Source: Amoebophrya sp. A120
Taxonomy: Eukaryota > Protista > Dinoflagellata
DNA length: 64,000 nt
Direction: 5' to 3'
Assembly (NCBI GenBank): GCA_905178155.1
Contig: CAJINV010000003.1
Location: 4,499,863 to 4,563,862 of the forward strand
Position numbers and translations under genes: made by a program. The notes under the pieces were generated by a model. The model was not told the DNA's origin. It saw only the letters and a program-made list of their open reading frames with translations, and did not search any database. This document shows, in pieces, positions 45,642-57,919 of this stretch (position 1 is the first letter of the stretch; every line of letters begins with the position of its first letter).

Positions 45642-47890
45642 ATGATGGCGTCCCTTTCGACCAAATGGCTCACCACCGCGCTACTGGCTGCCAAGTTTGC
45701 GGCCGGCGAGGTACCAAGCACGTCTTTCGAGACACTCGCCGACAGGCACCCGGATTTTTTGGATATTATCAACGGGGAAGACGGGGGCTACGAAACCGTG
45801 CTCACACTGGAGTTGCCGTATGCGGATATCAGTATCCCGATGAAGTTTGTGGTGGATTGCGCCCAGCAGCGGGAGCAGATCGACTATTATCAGGGCCTCG
45901 AGACAGATTACTTCGATAAGTCGGGAAAATACAAGTATGTTTTCAAGAACAATGAGCGCGCGTGTCTGCACAACGAGCCGCCGCATCAGGGGCCAGCGCA
46001 ACTCGTTCATCCCTTTCCGCTGGACCTGAAAACCTACAAGCACGAGGGCTCGGTCATTTTTCATGGTACAACGAGCTGGTTCATCTTCTCGGATGCTGCC
46101 ATTCGCGCCCTCTGGATTCTAGTATTTTTGCCCACGAAGATTGAATGTTAATGTTATACTTGGAAATATAAAATTCCTCTTCCTGCATCAGAAGTGTTTC
46201 GATATTTTTGGCTCGCAGGTATCAAGGTGGAGAAGTACAGCACGATGGCTCCGCATGGCACGACGCACACAATGGATGACCAGTTGGTCTTCTACTACGA
46301 CAACCTGCTGCACCGACCGGTCGGGTGGCACATGCATTCGCGGAACAAAATTTTCGATTCACACACGGACGAGTACGTTGTTCGGTACATGTCATTCACC
46401 AAACTCAGTTCTCCCCACGTTGGTGCGCTCCCGGATGCGTGCACCAAAGCCGCAACCGCAGAGAGGAATAAACCTGCGCAGGTCTGGAGTTTCCCCCTGC
46501 AGTGGATCTTTTCCTCGCGCACCGCGGGGGCACCGGCGGTCTTGGCTGATACAGCGAACAGCGGTACTAGACTTGGCGTTTCTTGTCATGGTGTTTATGA
46601 GAGAAGTTGAAGTTTTCTTGCTTCTCTTCTGGGACTGTTGCGGCGCACTTAGTGTTTCATTTTCACTTGCAAAACCGCTCTGGCTCTGTTCCAACTCAGG
46701 CCGCGGCATCAGTGCCGAATTTTCTGCGTTCGCCATGAAGCACGGGCTTTCCTACGAGTCGGAGCAGGAGTGGAGCCGCCGTGACGCAATCTTCCGGGCA
46801 AACGTTGCACAAGTCAACCGTTTGAATGCGGACCACGAGGGGCAAGCGAAGTTCAAGCTGAACAAGTTCGCGGCGATGACTGTTGAGGAAGTGATGTCTT
46901 TTCGCGGGGGGCACCGCAAAGGGGAGCAGGAAACGCTCAAGGCCACAACTTTGGCTACGAAGGAGGAACTGTACGATGCTGATGCATGAATAATCCGTTA
47001 TAAGTTTCGCACAGGATGACAATTCGTTTATAGTCTTAGACCAAATCTTCATCGCATGAAGGCCGGAGGATGACATCAAGTTTGTAGCGTCGACGTTTCA
47101 GGAACAATACAAAAACAGTGCTGCCCTGCCCGCGGCGCCGGAGAAGGACGAGAACTTTGACTGGCGCATCCACCTGCCCGGTTCCCTCTCCCCAGTGAAG
47201 GACCAGGGGATCTGCGGGTCGTGCTGGGCGTTCTCTCTAATTTCCGCGGTGGAGAGCGCCAACTTTCTGAAGACCAAGCAGCTGGTCTCCCTCCCGGAGC
47301 AGTTTGTCATCGACTGCACCTGGACGCCGGAACTGGCGGCGTGCGACGGCGGGGAGAGCAACCTGGGCGCACTAGAGATCATCAAACGGTTCGGCGGGGA
47401 AGTTCCGTCTACGGACAGCTACGGCCAGTATCTCACGGTCGACGGCTACTGCCACAAGGAAAACTTGAAGACCGGCGCGCTGCTGTCCAGCTGGGTCTCC
47501 CTGCCGGCCCGGGACGACGAGGCGGTCATGCGGGCCTTGCTGCAGCAGCCGCTATCCGTCGCCTTTAACGTGGGCGCGGCCACGTTGTACTACGACGCGG
47601 GGATTCTGAACGTGGCGGAGTGCGAGAAGAACACGTCGGACGACCTGAACCACGCCATCAACCTGGTCGGGTTTGGCACCTGCAAGAAGACCGGGCTGAA
47701 GTACTGGACGCTGCGCAACTCCTGGTCCACCTACTGGGGCGAGAAGGGGTACTTCCGCGTGGTGCGCGGGAAGCGCGACTGCGGAGTGACCACCGACGCG
47801 GGCTATCCGGTCGTGCAGGGCGTCCACCTGCAACCGGCGCCGGAGCACCGGGGGGAAAATGCGGTGTTGACCAAGGAAATCTACGTGTAG
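45642..47890 (+). CDS. Papain-family (C1A) cysteine protease with N-terminal extension and I29 propeptide, 4 exons
   Basis: Introns 46066-46218, 46564-46699 (GT-AG) and ~46966-47101 (non-canonical); FKLNKFAAMT, FDWR, KDQGICGSCWAF, LNHAI, YWTLRNSW..YWGEKGYF. Confidence 0.93.
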
Positions 47891-48768
47891 TGCGAGGGAA
47901 TTTATTTTTCGGCCTCAAGGTCGACAAGATGCTGGCTGCTCCCCGTGTAGTATAAAAACGAAGCAACCTGCCCACGGGCTCTGTAAACAAAAGTCATTGG
48001 AGGTCACGGCATTAATTTGGTCTGTACCACTTAATTTTGCATAGAGACGGCGCGTCTGATGTATCAAGGTTCTTCCTCTATTTTTTGCCGATCGGAAAAA
48101 CTGAAAGACGCAGTAATGTATCTATCACTCTCTTTTCTTGCAGACTGCATAATCAAAACACGCTTTGATAGCCGCGAATTAGCCGGTGTACGCACTATTT
48201 TGCTTTTCTTTGTGGTTGAACTTGAAGACTTGCGCCACGAACATACACATGAATGGCTCTCGTAGAGAAATGGACTAATTCTTGGCAAATAAATGAAGTT
48301 TCTTTACAATAATACGGTAGACTGAGTCTGAGTTTGTTCGCCCATTGGTATGACAAACAGCCTTGTCGGTTTGCAGAGGAGCAGCACAACTGTCGCACCC
48401 TAATAGTGTTTCTCGGTAACCCCGCTGCAATCGGTTCCACGAAAGTCGGTCGCGACTATTACGGATCCGGATCACCTCTGTGCCTGTCTTCTACCTTTTC
48501 GCTGTGCAACTTGTATCTGTTATGCCGCAAGCATTCACGATTTACAGTTGATGCCATCCCTTTGTGATCACTCGATAATATTGGCCTCCAATTTGACCCC
48601 ACTGTTGGGTACATGATTTCGATCCAGGACTACACTGGCGCCTCATCGTACTACAGTAATCCTAAAATTTTCACTTTTTTATTTTCTACCTGATTGCAAT
48701 CCGCTTGCGCTCCTCATTCTCTGCCTACTGCAATCTAAAAGTGAAAATAGACCTCCATAAATCCAGAA

Positions 48769-49502
48769 ATGCTGCGCGTTGCGGGGGTTGCGCTAGGTAT
48801 GACTGCCGCCAAGTATGCGGCAAAGAAGGCGGCGGAACAGAAGAAGAAGGAGGGCCGGCTGAAAGAAATGCTGGAGCAGCAGGGGGGAAGTGCCATGGTG
48901 TACTTGGTCATTGGAATCGCGGACCCCGATTTCGTAGACTGGCTCGCGGGGGAGAAAACCGGCGCCTCCCAGCTTGTGGCCGCGTTCTTTACGGAAAGCG
49001 AAGCCAAGGCCTTTTTGATTCGGCAGCAGGAGCGCATGGCGCTCGGGCTGGTAGACCAGGGTGACGGACTGAGGCTGGAGATCGACAAGGTCACGATGCG
49101 GTTGGTCCCGCTTTCCAAGGCGGATGCGGCGAACAAAAAGACCTTCTACGGCCTGCGCGGAACGCAGTACCAGCTGCAGGAGCTGACCGGAAAGTATTCC
49201 CCGGCGCTGGTCGTGGAGCATCTCCGCCGTCTGGACCCCCTTGGCGTCGCGGTGCCGCCCTTCGAACGCCCGGCGACGTCTATGAACTGCAAAAGCATCG
49301 TACTCGTGTAAATGCATTACAAATTTCCTCAGCATGAGAAATAAAATTTGTAGTGCGGATCTACCTTAGGAAAAAAATGCATGACTGCGATACGAGTACG
49401 ATACTTTTGCACAGGATAACGTCGTACAACGAGCAGGCTGCTCGCGCTTCACGCCAGGAATTCAAACGTTGGCTGGCGACACAAATGGCTGCGCCAAAAT
49501 GA
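48769..49502 (+). CDS. Hypothetical protein, 2 exons (~196 aa)
   Basis: ORF 48769.. continues after removal of the TIR element plus TSD: ERPATS-YNEQAARASRQEFKRWLATQMAAPK*. Confidence 0.7.
49281..49418. mobile_element. Introner-like TIR element, family D (138 bp), 5-bp TSD ACGTC
   Basis: TATGAACTGCAAAAGCATCGTACTCGT ... ACGAGTACGATACTTTTGCACAGGATA; ACGTC at 49276-49280 and 49419-49423. Confidence 0.9.
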
Positions 49503-50301
49503 CGAACCGCGGGGAAGCGCAGAAGCGTGAGGAAGCAGCGTGGAAGAAGTTCCATGGAAGAGGTGCATTTTCTTTTTTATGGACGAAGCTACAGGCTCAG
49601 CGTCAGTTTAAGAATCCTGAAGATTATAATCTTGAGTAATTTTTGTATGATGATTATTTGCGAGTAGATGTCGTTACGAGTTTGTCTTCTGGGCGCGACG
49701 TCGGGAGAAGTACTCCGATGCCGTACGCCGCAGAAGTTGTAATGCACTCCGGTGATGAAGATGATGAAAAATAAGTACAGTGTAATCTTTGTGAGTTTCA
49801 CTGACCTCGAATTGGAAATGGCATGCAGGCTGGTACTGTATTCCATCTGGTAAACCATGAACTTCTCGGTAGACACTGAATGATATTGACTGGGAACGAC
49901 CATGCGAGCTTCACGCCTTGACAAACACAATCTAACTTAAAGTGTCTCCCACAATCGCAAAATCGCGTTCTGCGTCGAACGTCTTTGCTTCAATTCAATT
50001 TGATTTGTCGGTCTCGTTCCAACCTGCAAAACACAAGGAAGCAGCGTTTTTCGTCCAATACAGTTTGTCTACGGTTTGCCGGTTTCTGAGAGACCCATCG
50101 TTCGCTTTTCTCAACCTCGTTCGGTGCAACTGAATTCCCTTGTCCTCCCTTGAAGTGAAATTCGTTCTGGTCAGCAGTAGCGGGTCGTTCTCGTGATTCG
50201 TTCGTCATCGTTTGGTAACATTTTCGCTTCGTCGCGCCTCGTTGAAAAAATTCGCAACCTGAAACTTCACAGGAATGTTTTGTATCTATTCCTTGACATC
50301 C

Positions 50302-50314
50302 CCATTTTGGCTCA
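50302..50314 (+). other. Possible dinoflagellate spliced-leader relic CCATTTTGGCTCA
   Basis: 13 contiguous nt of DinoSL (DCCGTAGCCATTTTGGCTCAAG), sense strand, ~210 bp upstream of the ATG at 50524. Confidence 0.45.
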
Positions 50315-50523
50315 CTGACTGCTCCCGTGGTAGTCTCACCTCCTGCGTTATTTCTTTTTTACCCCACACATGTACTTGATCAAATTTGCACGACCCCAAA
50401 TAAATTGTTCTTTCTGTACGCATTTAAGTAATATTAGACAACTCTCAGTCTCACCAGATTAGCTTTTTTTCCTTCTCTTCTTCCAAACCGACTACAGCCT
50501 ACTTACAACGCGAAAAAATAAAA

Positions 50524-52289
50524 ATGCCAACCGCGAACTATCACTCCCCGCCAATGGGAGGTAATTCTAATTATGCGAACATAGAGGAGCAACCGTCGGC
50601 GACCGAGCGCGCCCGACTGCTGGAGTTTGCGGAGCAGGCAAAGGAGGGCAAGGCGAACGCGGAGGACAAGAAGTCCTCGGCCCCCGACGTGGACAACGAG
50701 TCCTGGCTTGCGGAACAGGTGCAGAGGCGCCCGGTGTTGATGACGATCTTTTGGATAGGCCTGATGCTCTGCTGCAGTGCCGGCTTAATTTCGTACAACA
50801 AGTACCTGATTCACGGCCCTTTTCCGTTTGCCATCGCGCTGACCTGCTGGCACATGGTCTGCTGCACGCTGTTCGCCTGGGCACTGTACGCAGTGAAGCC
50901 ATCCTACTTCCCCACAGCGCAGGTGATCCGCGCCGGCACCGCCCAACAGGCGCGGGAATATTTGTACTTCATGATCCCGCTCGCTATATGCTTCAGCTGC
51001 GGCGTGGTGTTGTCCAACGTCGCCTACAAGTACGCGACCATCCCCTTCCTGCAAATGATGAAGGAGCTCAACGTGGTCATCGTCTACTGCATGTCGCTCT
51101 GCGTCGGCATGGAAATGTATTTTTTTTTCGAGATGAAGCCCATTTTGATTTTGTCTCATTTCTGTTGTACCTGTGGGACAATGTAAATACATAAGTGTTT
51201 GTGCTTGCAGTTGCCGGAGCGTCGGTCGTACTTTCAAAATGTGCAAAAGCAACATATTGAAATACGTATCATGTGTATCACCACAAGCCGGTGCGATGAA
51301 AATAAAGATGACACCCGATCATATATAATCGAAAACTCAATAAAACAGATTCCAATGTCGATTGGTGTCGGTGTTGGCGGTCATTGTGCTGGGGAGCTAC
51401 TTTTCCATCACCGGAGAGGCGAAATTCGTTTTCCTGGGATTCCTCGTGCAGGGTGGGTCCCAGTTTTTCGAGTGCACTCGGCTCGTTACCGTCAGCAAAG
51501 TGCTCTCCAACAACTCTTGGGGCATCAAGCGCGTGGACCCGCTGTCGTTTCTTCTGCTGGTGTCTCCGGTGTCCTTCCTGCTCCTCTCCTTCGTCCTGGT
51601 TTTCACCTGGGAGACCGCGATCGCCACTTCGTTTGTCGAGAACTGGCAGGCCCTGGTCGGCAACGGGCTCACAGCCTTGTTGCTCAACATCGTCACCACG
51701 ATGATGATGAGTGCGTTTTCCGCCTTGACCTTCGTCGTCGCGGGCGTCATGAAGGACTGCTGCATCGTGGCCTGCGGAATGCTCTTCTTTGGCGAATCCA
51801 TCACCGCCATGCAAGCCGGCGGGTTTGCTGTGCAGGTAGAACTATGTTTTTATATGCACTTTTTTTGTTGTTGACTAGGATCAGGATGACTTCTTGTCAG
51901 GGTCGCGAGAGCGTGAGATGAAACAACTTCTTGATCTCTATTCCATGCTCTTCATCCATTACGTGCAGGTCACTGGGTGCGGACTGTATTCCTACTTGAA
52001 AGCCAGCACTTCCCTGGCTGCAATCGAGGACGCCAAAAAGAAAGAGGAGCTCGACCGCGATTTTAACAGTTCCGAGGAAACTACACTTAGCAAAGGCGCA
52101 CAGGATTCCACTCTGACCGTGTCTACCGATGACGACGCAGCGCGGCCCAGTTCGAAGCGCGCAGTCTCGTCTGCGTCAAGTTCAGCGTCCGAGCGCGGGG
52201 TAGTACGCTACAACCATGAAGCGTTTCAGCGCGACGCAGACAATTACGGATCGACACCGTTGAGCCGGCGTGTCGTCACGGAGGTGTGA
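50524..52289 (+). CDS. Triose-phosphate/nucleotide-sugar transporter family (SLC35/TPT), 3 exons (~466 aa)
   Basis: GT-AG introns 51117-51348 and 51836-51968; LISYNKYL..GPFPFAIALT.WHM, LSNVAY..TIPFLQMMKE, SALTFVVAGVMKD. Confidence 0.9.
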
Positions 52290-53606
52290 ATCTTCCTGTG
52301 CTGAAGCTTTGCCGCCGACACTCCGCAGAATATTCCTGTTCAACGATATCCGACCTTCGAGCAACAGGCTAATTGCGATTTCGAGAGCTGCAAGCAATGT
52401 TTGTACGAAACTAGTACCCGCTCGTCCTTTTTCTGTACGCCCAGCTTGTCGACGTTCCGAAATCGCAGCTACTCTGTTACTGCCCGATAGAGTCAATTGA
52501 CAGTAGTAAGGTCCCCAAGCAAGAATACAAACGATTCTGTAGACGTCCAAATAGAAGAGAAAGAAAATAATGCAATTTGTGAGAGTATGTACTTTGTACG
52601 TCACTCGTTGTACAGCCGCAGCCCAGCAGGATCCCTTCCGCTTTGATTTGTTTCGTTATTGTAAATCCACATCATTTGTACATCTAAGCTGCATTTAGCT
52701 GCCTAGCAGTACTACACGTTTCATCTTTATTGTACATCATTTTCCCCTTGATTAGAATTAGACTTTACATTGCCAACGAGTATGTGCACGAACGCATGCT
52801 GCTGGTGTTTAATGCATGAGGACGATATCTCGTCTGTCTCTGCGTCTGACTCTGATCTTCAATCACAGTCGTTCAGATTGTGATTTGCGCTTGCAGATAA
52901 GTGAAATCGCCACACAACGCATGCCGTAGAACATGTTTCACTATATTCTAACGCTAACCCCGAAACGGGGACAGAGAAAGAAAGTAAAAAGGAAAGCACA
53001 GTTGGTACTCCACCTGTCATTGCCACGTGAAAGCGCCGCCGCAGTGTTCCTTCCGGCATTTCTATTTTCCACGAGTGTCTGGGTCTGCGAGAAGCTTTGT
53101 CAAGAGGGACTAAGTTTTGTGGTTCTAGTGCTTCGGAGCCAAGGAATTAAACTGCTTAGCTACAGCTGGGGGGGGGGCGACGGAGGGAACGGCCTGGTAT
53201 TCGTATTTGATGTGAAGACAAGATCGAGTGGAGTGAAGCCTTACTTCGGAAGAGGACTACGACATGTCATAGAGTGCCCTACTGTATTCGATCAGCTTGA
53301 GTAGGAGACGGTCTTCTGTGTTTTATGAAAGCGTGGCAAATGATCGAACAGAAGATCCAGATGCTCGGAACCATCTTGGGTGGCCCGGTGGTATTCCGTA
53401 AACAGGTATGCGTCAACCACCGGACGTAGGCAGAGATTGCCGGGCTGTAAAATAGAAATAATGTTGACTCCAATCGCAAGAGGGCGGAAAAACTAGGAAG
53501 CGCATTTTTGTTCTTTTTGAACAACCAGCGGCGTTCGGAGGCAAGTGCGGGCGTCGCAACGCGAGGTGGTTCCGCGCGAGCAAGTAAAATCCCAACTACC
53601 GCAGAG

Positions 53607-54956
53607 ATGGCGACGTTAGCTTCCTATGCGCCGCTTTTGACGGCGAGCGGATTCTACGTGGGCTCGAGCATTGGCCTCATTTCCTTCAATAAGTACCTAG
53701 TGAACGAGTCGCGGTTCCCGTTCGCCGTTGCCTTGGTGTTGCTGCACATGAGCGTCAGTTTCCTGTGCGCGCTGCTTTTCTACTTCATCCGGCCAGATCT
53801 GTACCCAAATGCGGAGTACCTTCGGAAGGAATACCTCTTCCCGGCCTCGTATGCCAAAACCGGAAAAGTTTCCGCAGCCGCGCAAGCATACGTGCAGCGC
53901 ATTTTGTGGACGATGCTGCCGATTTCCCTCTTTTTTGCTGGGACGCTGGTGCTCTCCAATATGGCGTATCTCTACTGCAGCATGGCGTTTCTCCAGATGA
54001 TGAAGGAAGGCAACCTTGCGCTGGTCTACATCGGAAGCTTGTTGCTGGGCTTGGAAAAATGTATTTTCAGTATCTGCTGCGATCATTATTATATACTTTC
54101 ATCGCGCAGGTGTACGTGTTGTTTTCATTTCCTTTGTCTTCACCGTGCTACGTGTTTTAGTGCCTTTTCGCCAGCTTGTCGTTAGTGTTCGCCACCGACA
54201 GTCGATTTTATATGACTCACAGCTATTGAGACACGAATCTTGGGAATTTTGTGTTTCATCATTGGCGCCACGAGCATGACAATCTACGGCGAGATGCACT
54301 TCGTCCTCGTGGGCTTTCTGATTCAGCTCGGCTCCCAGGCCTGCGAGGTAAGTAAGATTCTCCTGCAGAACAAGTGCTTGTCGCAAGCGGCGCAGCAAGA
54401 AGACCAAGAAAACGAGGGAGAGATACAACTGGACGATGAGGAAAAAGGCCTAGCCGGCACGGCCGCAAGCTCAGAGGAAGACAGAGGCGTAGTAAAAGCA
54501 GGGACATCTTCAAAAGCAGGTGCCAACAGCCCTCCCCCCAAGCTGGACCCGCTGTCGTTTGTGTTGTTTTGTTCGCCCTGTTGCGTGCCCATCCTGCTCG
54601 TGAAGCTGTACGTCCTCGAGTACGACGCGAGGATCTTGACGCAGGGAGCCATCTACGCACTACCGCTCTTGGCGAACGCGGTCCTGGCATTCGGGTTGAA
54701 CGTGTCGATTGCCTGCTTCATGCAGCACGCGTCGGCCGTGAGCTTTCTCGTGTGCGGGGTCGCCAAGGACGTGCTCATCGTTTTTCTGGGCATGCTCCTG
54801 TTCCAGGAACCGGTCACCCCCCTGCAGCTCACCTTCTTTGGCCTGCAGATCTACGGAATCACATTGTACTCCTGTGTCCGGGGCTTTCCGACCCAGTTTC
54901 GCGACGACGAGTGGGCGGCATGGACACTGACGAAAAAGTTGCTGTGCATAGTATAA
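53607..54956 (+). CDS. Second SLC35/TPT-family transporter (tandem paralogue), 2 exons (~395 aa)
   Basis: GT-AG intron 54061-54222; LISFNKYL..RFPFAVAL..LHM, LSNMAYLYCSMAFLQMMKE, LDPLSFV, GVAKD. Confidence 0.9.
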
Positions 54957-56087
54957 TCTTCGCCGTGATATTCAAGCTTTCTTCACTCTATACTCTTGTA
55001 GGCGTTCTGCTTGCCAATCCAGTTCCATCATGCCGAGAACTGGCACAAGAAATGAACGCGTGTCTCTGACACGGTGTACTACCTCTGTGATAAGTACTTA
55101 ACTCAAAATCAACACAACAGGAACCCTGGGACACGGATGCGGAAACGTTGAAACGAGTGGAGACCCAGCCCCTGACTGAAAGCACTGCCGCCACTTCATC
55201 TAGTAGTTCTTACACGACGGACCAGGAGGATCCTAGGCAGTTGTCTCCGCGAAGCAACGGCGACTCGATAGGACACGTCAAATAGTTTTTTCCCGTTTAA
55301 TGTTTTGGTATGCCAAAGCATAGTACGCTTATTTTTTTTACGAGGGGTATGAGTAAGTTGTATAGTCCGTTTTGTTTTGACTCGGTCCCGGTGCTGTTTC
55401 TGATCAGGGCGTGATTGCAGTCCGCGGAACCGTCTCGAGAGAAAATCTTTCAAGAAGGCTGCAGAGATGTAGTTGACGTTACTATGCGTCCACTCATCTC
55501 CGCGAAACAGTCACATGACTGCATTACCGGGGAACCGAGTGTCAGTCAGAGTCATTGGCGCTTCAATTTTTGAAAGTCGTCCCTTATCTGGTACAAGAAC
55601 GCGGGCAATAAAGCGACCTCGCTGAGGTTTTTCTTTATATCGTTGCCAGTGTTCTTTCGTCTTTCGTTTCACAAATAGTGAGCAACGGGCGGGATCGTGC
55701 AGAATTCGTACAGGAAATGCACACTGAGATTTTTTCGAGGATTCATCTAGCACCAAGAAAAACAAAGATAATTCGTGAGTGCCAGTTTTTCTGAGTACAT
55801 CAAACTAGTAGCGCCTCGTCCAACTTCGTCGTGCCGCATAAAAAGGCAACAGCTTTTTTTTCGCTGCATCGTCAGTGACGAAAGTTATTACCAATGTGCT
55901 CAGTGGGTCGTGCGTGTACGTCTTAAGCACTTGGATTCGAAGAAACCGAACGCACAGGTTGCACGATATTCGTGTCCCCCCGATATAACCTCCAACGAAA
56001 TTCATTCGACTCCAAGCATCAGGTAGCGAGAAGTTTTGTTTACTTAAGTATCCGTAAGCAGAAGCACACAGGAGTAGTAGAGAAAAC

Positions 56088-56933
56088 ATGCCACCAAAAG
56101 TGCCGACGAAGGATCCGCGAGGAGGCATCACGACAACGGTCGAGGTGGAATGCTGGAAGCAGCGCCTGAAATCCGAAAATTCCATCACCGCGGGCTCGTT
56201 GGCGCGCGACATGGAGCGGGCAGGAGATTTGAACAGGAAAAATGTATGGATTGTAAAAATGTCTGGGTCTGGAAGATTTCTAGATTTGTCATGCATATTT
56301 TCCATGACCCATGATGTCTCTGTCTGTCATGCATGCCTTAGCATCACAGATTTTTAGAGCGCTTTGTGATGCCTCTACAGCATGAGAAATGACCTCTCCG
56401 CGCCGCACAAACTGGAGTCCTCTTGCTGGTCATGCAATACAAATGTTTTCAGTATCCAGAGACAGCATCACAAGTTTAGAATGTTCCAGACCCAGACACT
56501 TTTACATTTGATAAAATGATCTCTTGTACTACTACCGAGCAAAGGACGAGCCGGATCGTCCCTTTGTGCAGTTCAGCTTGGACAAGGTACAGATAGTACA
56601 TCTACATTGCTTATTTGTTGATGTACATAAGATGAACTGCAGGTCGTGACAGAATCAAAAATCTCGTAGCCTTTATTAATTTCAACGCCTTTTGATTTTT
56701 TTTATTTTTTTTCAACATGATTGATTCAGCTTCGATCGGACGCGGGGTTTGACGTGAAGGCGAAGACGGACACCTTGTACCCGGAATACACAAGACACAA
56801 GGAGGGCTTCAAATCGAACCGCCCGGTGCGGACGTCGCAAGCATACGGCTACTACGCCCCGCTGGATCAGCCGAAGTACGGGTTTAACCGTACCAACGGC
56901 CTGGATTCCTTCATGGACAACTCGCACTTGTAA
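56088..56933 (+). CDS. Small hypothetical protein, possibly a ciliary microtubule-inner protein (~142 aa, 3 exons)
   Basis: Exons 56088-56244, 56519-56586, 56730-56933 in frame; the P.RTSQAYGY motif resembles FAM183-like proteins (tentative). Confidence 0.65.
56245..56513. mobile_element. Introner-like TIR element, family A (269 bp), 5-bp TSD AAATG
   Basis: TATGGATTGTAAAAATGTCTGGGTCTGGAA ... TTCCAGACCCAGACACTTTTACATTTGATA; AAATG at 56240-56244 and 56514-56518; removal gives LNRKN-DLLYYYRAK. Confidence 0.95.
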
Positions 56934-57919
56934 TTTGCACCTGTGAGCAGCGAGAGGAACAGAAATTCGTAAACGGTAGCTTCTGGAGATAAATACTAGG
57001 ATCATGTGCACAAACAGCCGGCGAGTTGTGTAGAAGTACAGCACAACTTTACATTGCTGCACAAGGCACGAAGTTCCTCCTCACTCATGATGGAGGTGCT
57101 AGTACTTTGCGATTTTCAGAACTTTTGCTCGTTCGTTTTGTTTTCCTCTCCGACTGAATTACAACGCGACTGTAAGAAGAATTTTTTTTTACACTACAAA
57201 CAAACTCAAACACAAACTTGCAATAATCCGCTGTGTCCCCCGGCGGACATTAAGGCGCCACTTGCTAATATACTACACTTTCAGCTGGACTTTTGTTTTA
57301 TCGACTACTAACACACTATCTTCTCTGAACTTTGCGCAAATCAAGTACCCGCTATCGTGACAACAGCGGTGGTCCTGGATTTTCTTACACTCAAGACAAA
57401 TGCTTTCGTTAATCAATGCTTAAATGGCCGGACTGCTGTTACGCCTTGCTGGCGCAGACTCTTCTGTACAGCTGTAGCCTGCTGCGATCGGGTCGTTGCG
57501 GAGTGTGTTTTGGTGGGATTGTGATCGTGCGAAACTAGCCCATCACCATTTTCGCGTTACGTGCAGATATGTCGTTGCTTTATTCGCAGGGGAAGTTTTC
57601 AGTTTCGATTCTGTCGCCAATATCTCCCTCGAGTACCAGTCGGATTGATTTCGTTGATGTTCTATCGTGAGCCAAAAGAAACATCGACTTCGATCGTTTG
57701 GGCCATTCGCGAAGCTACGCGCTACATTTAGGGGGCGATGAAGCTAAGATCGGCATGGATGCAGAAAAAAAGATTGAAAGGGTATGTTAGTCATCCTTCT
57801 TTCTTCGTTTGAATTGCAGAAAGGGTTTCGACGTTTTCTTTTTTTCTGTAGGGATTTGTGAAAAAGTGAAATTGGCCTTGTACAACCAAGGGTAAAATAC
57901 ATTTGGTTTTTCTTCAAAG

